Part shown: positions 1 through 9,190 of the stretch, piece by piece
Numbering within the stretch: the first letter of the stretch is position 1
Layout: every line of letters begins with the position of its first letter
Origin: Candidatus Hermodarchaeota archaeon
GTDB taxonomy: Archaea; Asgardarchaeota; Thorarchaeia; Thorarchaeales; Thorarchaeaceae
Direction of reading: 5' to 3'
Assembly: GCA_048885865.1 (NCBI GenBank)
Contig: JBHLLF010000015.1
Location: forward strand, 1 to 64,000
DNA length: 64,000 bases
The notes under the pieces: model-generated
What the model saw: the letters and a program-made list of their open reading frames with translations, nothing else
Databases searched by the model: none
Told to the model about the DNA's origin: nothing
Program-made: the position numbers and the translations under genes

Positions 1-1338
1 GCATATGCCGCAACTAAAGGAACTGACGTTGAAACGGTTGTGATTTGCAATATCAAGAGTTTCTTACCGAAGGCAAAAGCGGTTCTAGGTGGCCTTCTAG
101 GAAAGATTCCGAAAGGTGACTCTTACGAGGAGGGAACTGTCTTCTATGATGACATCGTCGAACAATTCGAAGCGAAGGCACCGGACGTGAGCATCGATCC
201 ATTGAATGACCTCGCATTGATTCTCTACACTGGAGGAACAACGGGCACACCAAAGGGGGCTATGCTCACTCACAGGAATCTCTATAGCAATGTCATGCAG
301 GTTGAGGAGTGGAGTCAGTTGGAACCTAAAGGAGGAGGACCACCTGAGAAGCTTAAGCCTGGTGAAGAAGTATTCGTGGGAGCGCTCCCATGGTATCATA
401 GCTATGGATTGACACTGACCATGATAGCATCCTACTATATGGGAAGCTCACTAGTCTGTGTCCCAGACCCAAGGGGCGGAAAGCCACCTATGAGCGACCT
501 TCTCAAAGATATTCAGAAATACAAGGGCTCCATCCTTCACTGTGTGCCTGCACTCTATGCAGGTATGGTGAACAACCCGGATGTAGGGAAATATGACCTG
601 ACCACTCTCAAGGCCTGTGGATCTGGTGCTGCACCATTGCCTCCGGAGCTCGCGAAAGTCTTTGAGAGCAAGACTGGAGCTACGCTCTTTGAGGGGTATG
701 GTCTGACTGAAACATCCCCAATGACTCACGCTAATCCTGCGCTGAAGTCTTTGCGCAAGTTTGGCTCAATTGGAGTTCCTATGCCAGACACATATGCGAC
801 CATTGTTGACATGGAAACTGGTAAGAAAGAACTGGAGCAGGGAGAGACTGGAGAGATCGCCATCAGTGGGCCACAAGTCATGAAAGGATATTGGAACAAA
901 CCTGATGAAACTGCGGCAGTGATGAGGGAAATAAAAGGAAAGCGCTATTTCCTGACTGGTGATATTGGTCACATTGACGAGGATGGGTTCTTCGTCATTT
1001 CTGACAGGAAAAAGGACATGATCAATGTCGGTGGTCTGAAGGCGTATCCGAGAGAGATTGAAGACCTCTTCTTTGAACATCCAAAGGTGCAGCTGGCGGC
1101 TGTCATCGGCCTACCCAGAGAGGACGACCCGAGCAATGAGTATGTCAAGGCATATGTCATCCTGAAAGAGGGAGTAACTGCCACTGAAGACGAGTTCATC
1201 GCATGGGCTAAGGAAAACATGGCGGGCTATAAGCGACCCAAGGAAGTGGAATTTGTCGATACTCTTCCAATGACTGCAGTTGGAAAGGTCCTTCGTCGAG
1301 AGCTTCGTGATGCAGAACTCGCCAAAATGAAGAAGTAG
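1..1338 (+). CDS. Long-chain fatty acid-CoA ligase (5'-truncated by window edge)
   Basis: Frame open from base 1; AMP-binding motifs YTGGTTGTPKG, EGYGLTE, TGDIG, DRKKDMI, VGKVLRR. Confidence 0.93.
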   Translation, partial: AYAATKGTDVETVVICNIKSFLPKAKAVLGGLLGKIPKGDSYEEGTVFYDDIVEQFEAKAPDVSIDPLNDLALILYTGGTTGTPKGAMLTHRNLYSNVMQVEEWSQLEPKGGGPPEKLKPGEEVFVGALPWYHSYGLTLTMIASYYMGSSLVCVPDPRGGKPPMSDLLKDIQKYKGSILHCVPALYAGMVNNPDVGKYDLTTLKACGSGAAPLPPELAKVFESKTGATLFEGYGLTETSPMTHANPALKSLRKFGSIGVPMPDTYATIVDMETGKKELEQGETGEIAISGPQVMKGYWNKPDETAAVMREIKGKRYFLTGDIGHIDEDGFFVISDRKKDMINVGGLKAYPREIEDLFFEHPKVQLAAVIGLPREDDPSNEYVKAYVILKEGVTATEDEFIAWAKENMAGYKRPKEVEFVDTLPMTAVGKVLRRELRDAELAKMKK

Positions 1339-1347
1339 AACATCAAT

Positions 1348-1378
1348 AGGGGGAGTTTCCCCCTGTTTCCTATTTTCC
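1348..1378 (+). terminator. Putative hairpin plus T-rich terminator
   Basis: AGGGGG-AGTTT-CCCCCT followed by GTTTCCTATTTT just after the stop codon. Confidence 0.45.
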
Positions 1379-1446
1379 CGAAGAAATATGAGTAGGCAAT
1401 GCAATAGCGAGCAGATAGTCTGTGATATTGACTTAGGAGTAGATGA

Positions 1447-3201
1447 GTGATGAAAGAACTGTATTGGCAGAAAGGCCCAAGGTGGCCACCTACTGCAAGA
1501 CCGACATTGGAATATCCAAAGGAACCACTGTATGCCATGCTTGATAGGACCGCTGAGAAAAGCGGAGATCGGCCCTTTACATGGTTTATGGGAAAGACAA
1601 GATCCTTTGCTGAGGTTCGAGATCATGCTGATAGGATAGCAAACTTTCTATCTACTCAAGGAATCAAACCGGGTGATCGAGTAGCGGTTTTCCTGCCTAA
1701 CGTACCGCACTTTCCACCGGTGTTCTTTGGAGCACTGAAAGCAGGAGCGAAGGTTGTGACCTGCAACCCCATGTATAAAGCAGGAGAGCTAAACTATCAA
1801 CTCACGGACACGGGAGCTGTAGCTGTCTTTGTGTTGGACCACCCAAATTTCACACCGACTTGCTATGAGGCTATCAAGGGTACAGATATTGAAACAGTAG
1901 TGGTCTGCAGTCTGAAGTCATTCATACCAACAGTCAAGGCATTCCTAGGAGGTCTTATGGGTAAGATTCCAAAGAGCGGGTACTATGAAGAGGACAAGAC
2001 TTTCTTCTACGATGACATTATTGCTGAATATGAACCTAAGTCACCTCAAGCAGACTTCGACCCCGATGATACTGCAGTTCTCATCTATACGGGAGGGACC
2101 ACGGGAACTCCGAAGGGAGCTGAGTTAACTCATGCCAATTTGGTATCGAATATTCTACAAATCTGTGAGTGGGTCTATCTTGAACCTCCGGATGTTGAGC
2201 TTGCGGCAGGAATCAGATACGAAGAGGAGGTCTTTGTTGGAGCAGTTCCGTGGTATCACAGCTACGGACTTACTACAACTCTATTGTTGGCAGTATGGAA
2301 TGCAGGCCAACTCGTGTGTATTCCAGATCCTAGGGCAGGTAAACCCCCTCTATCAGACTTGCTCAAGGATTTGGAGAAGAGCAAAGGAACTTCATTGAAT
2401 TGTGTGCCAGCCCTATATGCAGGCATTGCTACCCATCCCGAAGTGAGCAAGTACGACTTGACCAATGTAAGGATATGCAGCTCTGGAGCTGCACCATTAC
2501 CGCCTGAGCTAGCCAATGCGTTCGAAGCAGTGACTGGAGCACTTCTTTTCGAGGGCTATGGTCTGACTGAAACATCCCCAGTGACCCACATGAACCCGTT
2601 TAACTCACGGAACCGCAAGTTTGGCTCTATTGGACTTCCAATTCCAGACACGATATGCAAGATAGTGGACCTTGAAACTGGGACTAAAGAGATGCCTATT
2701 GGAGAGATAGGAGAGATAGCTATCCATGGCCCCCAAGTTATGAAAGGATACTATGGGAAGCCCGAGGAAACTGATAACGTGATGCGCAACATCAATGGCA
2801 AGCGTTTCTTCCTAACTGGAGATGTGGGGCATATGGATGAAGAGGGATACACCTACATCAGTGACAGGAAGAAGCAGATGATCAATGTTGGCGGTCTGAA
2901 GGCATACCCGAGAGAGATAGAAGACATCTTGTTCACGCATCCGAAAATTCAGCTGGCTGCTGCAGTGGGAATTCCGAGAGATGATGACCCAAGCAACGAG
3001 TTTGTTAAGGCGTATATAGTCTTGAAGGAGGGCGAGTCTGCGACAGAGCAGGAGTTCATCGATTGGGCAAGAGAGAAGATGGCGGGGTATAAGAGGCCCA
3101 AGGAAGTTGACATTGTCGATTCGCTACCCCTTAGCAACGTAGGGAAAGTCTTGCGCCGAGTACTGAGAGAAGAGGAAATCAAGAAGCGCAGTGGCAAATA
3201 G
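1447..3201 (+). CDS. Long-chain fatty acid-CoA ligase (tandem paralog; ATG at 1450)
   Basis: YTGGTTGTPKG, EGYGLTE, TGDVG, VGKVLRR; highly similar to the upstream gene. Confidence 0.95.
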   Translation: MMKELYWQKGPRWPPTARPTLEYPKEPLYAMLDRTAEKSGDRPFTWFMGKTRSFAEVRDHADRIANFLSTQGIKPGDRVAVFLPNVPHFPPVFFGALKAGAKVVTCNPMYKAGELNYQLTDTGAVAVFVLDHPNFTPTCYEAIKGTDIETVVVCSLKSFIPTVKAFLGGLMGKIPKSGYYEEDKTFFYDDIIAEYEPKSPQADFDPDDTAVLIYTGGTTGTPKGAELTHANLVSNILQICEWVYLEPPDVELAAGIRYEEEVFVGAVPWYHSYGLTTTLLLAVWNAGQLVCIPDPRAGKPPLSDLLKDLEKSKGTSLNCVPALYAGIATHPEVSKYDLTNVRICSSGAAPLPPELANAFEAVTGALLFEGYGLTETSPVTHMNPFNSRNRKFGSIGLPIPDTICKIVDLETGTKEMPIGEIGEIAIHGPQVMKGYYGKPEETDNVMRNINGKRFFLTGDVGHMDEEGYTYISDRKKQMINVGGLKAYPREIEDILFTHPKIQLAAAVGIPRDDDPSNEFVKAYIVLKEGESATEQEFIDWAREKMAGYKRPKEVDIVDSLPLSNVGKVLRRVLREEEIKKRSGK

Positions 3202-3819
3202 GTGCTAGACTTGAATTGGAGGAAAATTGGGGCAATTAGTGGGATTCTTGCCGGGCTGCAGTTTGTTGTCCTATCATTTGTTGATATGCTGATTTACCCG
3301 GGTGGATACAACTTCTTTGAGAACTACTTTAGCCAGCTGGGGCTGGCAGTGATAAACAGTGTCGATACGCCAGTTAATTGGTTCCTGTTCGCCACAGCAA
3401 CAACTCTTGGAGGAATATTCACTGTTCCATTCTATCTGTCAATCAGAACTGTGTTCACGGAAACAAGAATGCAGAAAGCCCTCAGCGGACTGGGAACAGC
3501 ACTTGGCGTTGTGGCTGCACCCTGTCTGGCAGGAATTGGAATCTTTGCAGCTGACCTATTTCTCTTTGAACATGCATGGTCTACCATCATATTCTTTGTA
3601 CTCACTGCGATTGCCATTGCCACGTACTCAATCGCAATTCTCCTGAAGAGCGATTATCAGAACCTGTATTCGCTAGTTGGAATCATTGTCGCAATCATAT
3701 GCTTGTTGCATATCTACGGTCCAGGATTTGGCACTGCAATTATGCAGAAGGCTGCGGTCTATGCGCTAGTGTCATGGTCTGCATTTCAAGGATATGAGCT
3801 AAGGAAAATGGTCCAATAG
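3202..3819 (+). CDS. DUF998-like multi-pass membrane protein
   Basis: About 5 TM helices; YPGGYNFFENYFSQLG N-terminal motif. Confidence 0.7.
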   Translation: MLDLNWRKIGAISGILAGLQFVVLSFVDMLIYPGGYNFFENYFSQLGLAVINSVDTPVNWFLFATATTLGGIFTVPFYLSIRTVFTETRMQKALSGLGTALGVVAAPCLAGIGIFAADLFLFEHAWSTIIFFVLTAIAIATYSIAILLKSDYQNLYSLVGIIVAIICLLHIYGPGFGTAIMQKAAVYALVSWSAFQGYELRKMVQ

Positions 3820-3830
3820 TTATAGTCTGT

Positions 3831-4811
3831 TTACCTCTGAATCTCTCCTGGGAGGATGTAGGCATAGTACCTTCTAAGAAGCTTAGATCGAATAAAACGA
3901 TGTAGTCTTCGCATACGGAGGTAGAGCTTCCAGGTAGATGCGTCATCCTTGTAATAGTCCTCTACCTCTTCGTAGACGATAGGTGCAATATCGAGGGTAC
4001 TGGCTTCGGTAGACAGAAAGTCATTTGCGACTTCTATAAGTACTGGGACTAGCTCCGGTCTCTGCTCCTTGAAGAAGTTGGCAACAAGATCGATAATCAC
4101 CTTTCGAAAGTCGTAGTATCTATTGACAATGTCATCGAGGTAGAACTTCTTGAGGATATATCGAACCCCGGGAGGTGTTGGTCGGAGAAAGAGCTCCGCA
4201 TCCAGTTGTTCAATCCCATTCTCTCTGAAGAGGGGTGTGCTGGTATCGAGATAAATCAGGTCAACTCCTTCCTGTATTCCCTTTAAAATATCAGCAGGAT
4301 TCTTTATTGCCCAGTTAGAAACCTGACCGTCGATTGCCACCTCAACAACCGGTTTTTGTCTTGCATTGAACTCCCACACCTTGAGGAGCTGATGTAGAAT
4401 AGTCTTGATTAAAGCCTTGACCTCCTCCTCAGAAGCAGTCTGGATGATCTTATCACCAATTGATTCTGCAGCAAGTTTCCGCTGCCAAAGATATAACACC
4501 AGCCTCTTGTCGTCGGTAGTAACAGAAGTTGCGCCGAATTCGGGCAACTCGATTCCAATTTCCTTCAATCGCTCATGATATCTGAAATAGACGTCCGAAT
4601 ATTGCTCGATCTGCTCATGAGTATCAAACAGTGGCATTCGCTTGAATGCAATCTCTGATTGGGACTCAACATGAATCTCAAAGACTGTGCTAATCTCTCC
4701 ATAGCCAAGGACTCCAGCTGGGATAGGGGACTCTTCAGGCTTAGCTGGATCCAGCTTTTCCTCAAACTCTTTCAGAAGATCCAAATCAATCTCTATCGTC
4801 ATCTCCGTCAT
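3831..4811 (-). CDS. DUF6206-like protein with protein-kinase-like motifs
   Basis: LGYGEISTV, AFKR, DGQVSN, YLDT in the order of PKL subdomains I, II, VIb, VII; 4 nt from the aminotransferase. Confidence 0.7.
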   Translation of the reverse strand: MTEMTIEIDLDLLKEFEEKLDPAKPEESPIPAGVLGYGEISTVFEIHVESQSEIAFKRMPLFDTHEQIEQYSDVYFRYHERLKEIGIELPEFGATSVTTDDKRLVLYLWQRKLAAESIGDKIIQTASEEEVKALIKTILHQLLKVWEFNARQKPVVEVAIDGQVSNWAIKNPADILKGIQEGVDLIYLDTSTPLFRENGIEQLDAELFLRPTPPGVRYILKKFYLDDIVNRYYDFRKVIIDLVANFFKEQRPELVPVLIEVANDFLSTEASTLDIAPIVYEEVEDYYKDDASTWKLYLRMRRLHRFIRSKLLRRYYAYILPGEIQR

Positions 4812-4815
4812 CCTC

Positions 4816-6108
4816 TTACATTGCTAAGTTCCTAGCCAACTCTAGGTAGTCGGGGCGCTCCTTTGCATATGCATAGGCTTTGTCCATTGCATCAATGATG
4901 TAATCCACTTCCTCCTTCCCTATAATTAGAGGTGGGAGAAACTGAAGCACTGAGCGGTCATTATCAGCATAGACAGCAAATGCCCCACAGTTGTAGCTTG
5001 CGATGCTCATCAATGGACCATACCCTATATCACTCATCCTGAGCCCCATGAACAGACCCTTTCCCCTAATCTCAACAAGAATCTCCGAATATCGCTCTTT
5101 GATAGATTCCAGACCAGAAACCAAGCTATCGCTCACTCGATTGACATTGCCGAGGAATTTGGCATTTGATGTAATATCAAGCACTTTAGCTGCCACGGGA
5201 CATCCTATCTCAGCTCCTCCAAATGTCGAAACATGGATGAAAGGATGTTCGTTCATGAATGGATCCAAATCTTCTCTATAACAGGTGGCTGTAATCGGAT
5301 ACACCCCGCCAGCCAGTCCTTTTCCGATAGCAAAGATATCAGGAACAATATCATAGTGTTCATAACCCCACAGCCTGCCGGTCCGACCAAGGCCTGTCTG
5401 GATTTCATCAAGAATTAGGAGAACTCCCTTCTCGTCGCAAATCTCCCGGACCCTCTTATAGAAGTCTTCTGGAGGGAGCAGCATGCCTAGTGTGGCTGGA
5501 ATGGTTTCAAACAGAACGGCAGCGGTTTCATCGTCTATCGCCGTGGTAACAGCATCCGCATCACCAAATGGAACATCCACAAATCCAGGAGCCAGAGGCT
5601 CGAATGGTGCCTTGAAATGAACATCTCCTGCTGCTAGAGCAAGTCCTGTGTGCCCGTGATATGCAGATGTCGCATAGACAATCTTGTGCTTCTTGGAATG
5701 GCCTCTAGCTAGCTTTATTGCGAAGTCAATCGCCTCGCCACCCCCCACACCAAAGACTGTCCTGGTAATCTCTGGTGGAGTGTGTTCAGCAAGCTTCTTT
5801 CCCAGCATTGCACGCTGTTCACTCATTAAATGGTGATTCCCAATATCAAGTTCCTCTAGAGCCGCTCTCATGACTTTCAGAATCTCAGGGTGGCGATGCC
5901 CTAGATTGAAAACCCCACCGTTGCAATGACAGTTAATGAGCTTCTTCTCACCAGTGACATCCCACATCCAAGGCCCTTCTCTTTTGCCAAGAACGAAGTT
6001 TAGATCTACCATGCCATAGAAGTCAGCCTTACCTGATGACACGTGTGCTGCAAAGTCTCTGATGATCTGTTCCTTTGATGTCCCACCTGTATGCACCATT
6101 TGCATCAC
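4816..6108 (-). CDS. Class III PLP-dependent aminotransferase (putrescine/ornithine AT-like)
   Basis: YHGHT, LILDEIQTGLGRTG, PDIFAIGKGLAGG, STFGG. Confidence 0.92.
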   Translation of the reverse strand: MMQMVHTGGTSKEQIIRDFAAHVSSGKADFYGMVDLNFVLGKREGPWMWDVTGEKKLINCHCNGGVFNLGHRHPEILKVMRAALEELDIGNHHLMSEQRAMLGKKLAEHTPPEITRTVFGVGGGEAIDFAIKLARGHSKKHKIVYATSAYHGHTGLALAAGDVHFKAPFEPLAPGFVDVPFGDADAVTTAIDDETAAVLFETIPATLGMLLPPEDFYKRVREICDEKGVLLILDEIQTGLGRTGRLWGYEHYDIVPDIFAIGKGLAGGVYPITATCYREDLDPFMNEHPFIHVSTFGGAEIGCPVAAKVLDITSNAKFLGNVNRVSDSLVSGLESIKERYSEILVEIRGKGLFMGLRMSDIGYGPLMSIASYNCGAFAVYADNDRSVLQFLPPLIIGKEEVDYIIDAMDKAYAYAKERPDYLELARNLAM

Positions 6109-6170
6109 TCTGACAAATGGTGTCCTACGTGATAGCCACGTATCTTTCTTTCTGTCAATAAAAACGCAGA

Positions 6171-6935
6171 CTATACTCTCTCAAAGGTAGCTTGGATCGT
6201 GGCACCGCAATAGTTACATCTAGCCTCAAGTGGCCCTGTCCATTCCAGTGTGCTTTGTGCTAGAGCTGCACTGCAGTTTGGACACTTGTTTGGCACACGG
6301 ACAGTTGTAAGGTCACTTCCATCGGCTCTCGTACTTCCGCGGTGTTCATCAGGAATGGCAAAGGGAGGCGCACTTATGGTAAACGACCTTCGACGGCGGT
6401 AATACTGCTGAGCTCCAGGGCCTCTGCCACGTCTTGCCGCGAATATGCATGGGAAGATGATGAAGATGAAAGGTACGGTGAACAGGAGAATCATCCAATT
6501 GGCTGAAAGGAAAGAACCAACTCTCGCACCAAGAACATGTCCTTCATCGTATACACCAATGTCATAGAAGCCAGACGTGTCGCCGTAGACCGAGTTCTCC
6601 TCGAGCCTGATATAGACTGTCGCATCTGATGATAGGTCAAACTCTATTTCTGGAAAATTGCCTGGGGTCAGACCATTCTCCGCTATGATATCAGTGAAAG
6701 TACTGTCAGTAGCCACATCGATTCTGACTTGAAGCCCCCAGAAAGCATCTGAAGTGACAATGACTGTCCATTGGCCTGCAGTCAGACTCGCCACATAAGT
6801 CACAGACTCTTCGCCCCAAAGATGCTCCATTGTTCGAGCGACATTTGGTTCAAGATTTGATTGCGCTGTGACTGGACTGACAAAAACTAAGGCCAGTAAT
6901 GCACATGTGAATAGAAGGACTGGTACTCTTCGCAA
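6171..6935 (-). CDS. Single-pass membrane protein with ectodomain and C-terminal Zn ribbon
   Basis: Signal peptide, beta-rich ectodomain, TM helix, Arg-rich segment, CPNC...CNYC. Confidence 0.75.
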   Translation of the reverse strand: MRRVPVLLFTCALLALVFVSPVTAQSNLEPNVARTMEHLWGEESVTYVASLTAGQWTVIVTSDAFWGLQVRIDVATDSTFTDIIAENGLTPGNFPEIEFDLSSDATVYIRLEENSVYGDTSGFYDIGVYDEGHVLGARVGSFLSANWMILLFTVPFIFIIFPCIFAARRGRGPGAQQYYRRRRSFTISAPPFAIPDEHRGSTRADGSDLTTVRVPNKCPNCSAALAQSTLEWTGPLEARCNYCGATIQATFERV

Positions 6936-6974
6936 TTTTCTGTCTCCAGTGAACTGTCCTGAAATAATAGTCCC

Positions 6975-7505
6975 TTAAGACTTGTTGGCGTCTTTTGTTG
7001 TTTTCTTGTGCCTTCGACCCAGCTCTACATACATCTCGGCTCCAATCATGAAGGCTTCTTTCATCCCTTCAGAAACCTCCTTCACCACTTTCCCGGGAAC
7101 TCCTAGAACCAAGCTGTTGTCTGGAATCACCTTGTTTTCAGTCACAACCGATCCCGCGCCTATCACACAGTCGGCTCCAACTTTGGCACCTGTTAGAACC
7201 ACGGCACCCATTCCAATAGCTGTGCGATCGCCAATCTCACATGCATGAATCACGCTGTTGTGCCCAACTGTTACATATTCTCCAATCGTTGTGGGATTGA
7301 AGGGAGTGACATGAACTGTGCAATTGTCTTGGATAGACGATCCCTTCCCAATCTTAGCTTTGTTGAAGTCTCCTCGAATTACTGCAAACTCCCATATGCT
7401 ACAATCCTCAGCTATCTCAACATCGCCTATCACTGAGGCACGAGGGGATACATATGCTCGTCCATCGACTGATGGTGTCTTGCCTTCGAACTCATAGAAT
7501 CCCAT
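6975..7505 (-). CDS. Gamma carbonic anhydrase family (hexapeptide repeat) protein
   Basis: IRGD, SIQDNCTVH, TVGHNSVIH; likely start MGFYEF at 7505. Confidence 0.9.
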   Translation of the reverse strand: MGFYEFEGKTPSVDGRAYVSPRASVIGDVEIAEDCSIWEFAVIRGDFNKAKIGKGSSIQDNCTVHVTPFNPTTIGEYVTVGHNSVIHACEIGDRTAIGMGAVVLTGAKVGADCVIGAGSVVTENKVIPDNSLVLGVPGKVVKEVSEGMKEAFMIGAEMYVELGRRHKKTTKDANKS

Positions 7506-7588
7506 TGGATGCACCTTAGAGCGGCAGTACACCCCTTGGTCTTTAAGCATATTGAAAAGGCGCAGCTGATATTCGGTTCAGGATACAG

Positions 7589-8212
7589 ATGCCTGTTACG
7601 CCACTGCATTATCCCGCGGGATACATTCTCTCCAAGACTAACAAGCTGCTGTCATTGCCAGGGCTTTTGGTGGGGTCTGTTATACCTGACATCGAAGTGC
7701 CTCTTATGTGGGTCTTATTTCCAGGACTCTGGGATCATCTGCTCTTGCATAGTCTACTTGGAGTATTCACAGTATGCACCGTGCTTGCTGTGGTGGTCAC
7801 ACGGTTCATCTATCCCCCAGTCATCTCCTTGATTTTTGGAGTGAATCGAGGAGAATTGAAAGAAGCTTGTCGAGTCACTCCGGCTTTAATCGCTTCTTGC
7901 ATGCTAGGCGCGCTTTTTCATGTCCTGGTTGACATACCTATGCATCCGTACAATCCAACACTCTGGCCATGGGTGCCACCCAACGAGATTGTAGGCTCGG
8001 TAGTGCTCTTCTTCGGAGAAGGAAGTATGCTTCTGGGATTTTCCAGAGCAAACATGCTCTTCTCAGTCATCATGGGTGCCCTTGGAGTTCTCATAATCAT
8101 TGCAAACATCAGCAAAAATCTCTGGGATGAGATTTGGCTTGGATACAGTACTTCGGTCGAGGATTATGAACGAACGGGGACAAACCACTCCTCCAGCGAG
8201 ATTTGGGAATGA
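7589..8212 (+). CDS. DUF4184/YdjM-like membrane metal-dependent hydrolase
   Basis: MPVTPLH, GSVIPD, HSLLG, HVLVD motifs; hydrophobic. Confidence 0.75.
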   Translation: MPVTPLHYPAGYILSKTNKLLSLPGLLVGSVIPDIEVPLMWVLFPGLWDHLLLHSLLGVFTVCTVLAVVVTRFIYPPVISLIFGVNRGELKEACRVTPALIASCMLGALFHVLVDIPMHPYNPTLWPWVPPNEIVGSVVLFFGEGSMLLGFSRANMLFSVIMGALGVLIIIANISKNLWDEIWLGYSTSVEDYERTGTNHSSSEIWE

Positions 8213-9141
8213 GTGTCAGCAATATCTTCGTTCATGTAGAGCCTTCTTAGGAACTGGTTGTATCCTTCAACGCTTTCCGTTCGGACCGTCGCAAATAGAC
8301 TATAGTCTTCGCTAGTTCGAAGGAGGTCCCAAACCTCGGTCATCTTGCTGACCATCTTAGCTGTCCGAGCGATTGTACCAGGTATTGGTTTAATCTGCAA
8401 GAAGAACTTGATGGGTAGACCGATGTTATCAAATCTGATGTCGGCTGAATAGCCAATAATCGCGCCGCGTTCCTCAAGTCTTCTCATTGATTTTGAAACT
8501 GCTGGTTGACTGAGGCACGGGTCCATCTTGTCACCAATTTCGCTTTGAGAAAGAGGAAATGGAGCGTCCTCGGAGGGAGCTTGACGATAGATTGTTCGCA
8601 TTAAATCCCAGTCCTTAGATGACACCAGCTTTGGGTGTATTGGTTGACTGTCCAGAGCGAACCCATGGGTCTTGTAAGTTGTGAGGACTTGCACAAGCTG
8701 ATATTTGTCGGCTTTTGCTCTTGCAACAACATGATCTACATTGTCAAGGAATTGGACAAAGGATCCGGACCCACGGAATCGAAATAGACCAAGGAGAGAG
8801 TGGTCCCCGGAGATTCCATCCAAGGACTCTAGCTCTGGCATATCCAGAAGACCTGTACTTACATCAAGCTCTCGCGGATTGGTCTTCAAGAGGAGTAATG
8901 TATTGCGTTCTGCATAGACCTGAGCAGGATCAAACACAGTCACGTATGCCAAAATGATGCGATTGCGTACTAGCTTCCTGATGGTTCGAGCAATCCAGTT
9001 TCTGCCCTTCCCAACCTTCTCACTCAAAGCGGCTAGGCTTGACCTCGAATTCTGCATCAATTCCCACAGGAGCTTCTGTTCACTCTCCGTAATGTCTTGC
9101 ACTCTTCTGACCTCAATTTTGTGCAATCTATTACTTGTCAA
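8164..9141 (-). CDS. Tandem (double) Lrp/AsnC transcription regulator
   Basis: Two HTH+RAM units (LMQNSRSSLAALSE...; LSQPAVSKSMRRLEERGAIIGYSA); divergent from ahcY. Confidence 0.85.
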   Translation of the reverse strand: MTSNRLHKIEVRRVQDITESEQKLLWELMQNSRSSLAALSEKVGKGRNWIARTIRKLVRNRIILAYVTVFDPAQVYAERNTLLLLKTNPRELDVSTGLLDMPELESLDGISGDHSLLGLFRFRGSGSFVQFLDNVDHVVARAKADKYQLVQVLTTYKTHGFALDSQPIHPKLVSSKDWDLMRTIYRQAPSEDAPFPLSQSEIGDKMDPCLSQPAVSKSMRRLEERGAIIGYSADIRFDNIGLPIKFFLQIKPIPGTIARTAKMVSKMTEVWDLLRTSEDYSLFATVRTESVEGYNQFLRRLYMNEDIADTHSQISLEEWFVPVRS

Positions 9142-9190
9142 TATGATGAATTCATATATGTCCTCCGCCCCGCAACCCCCTGTGATTTAG

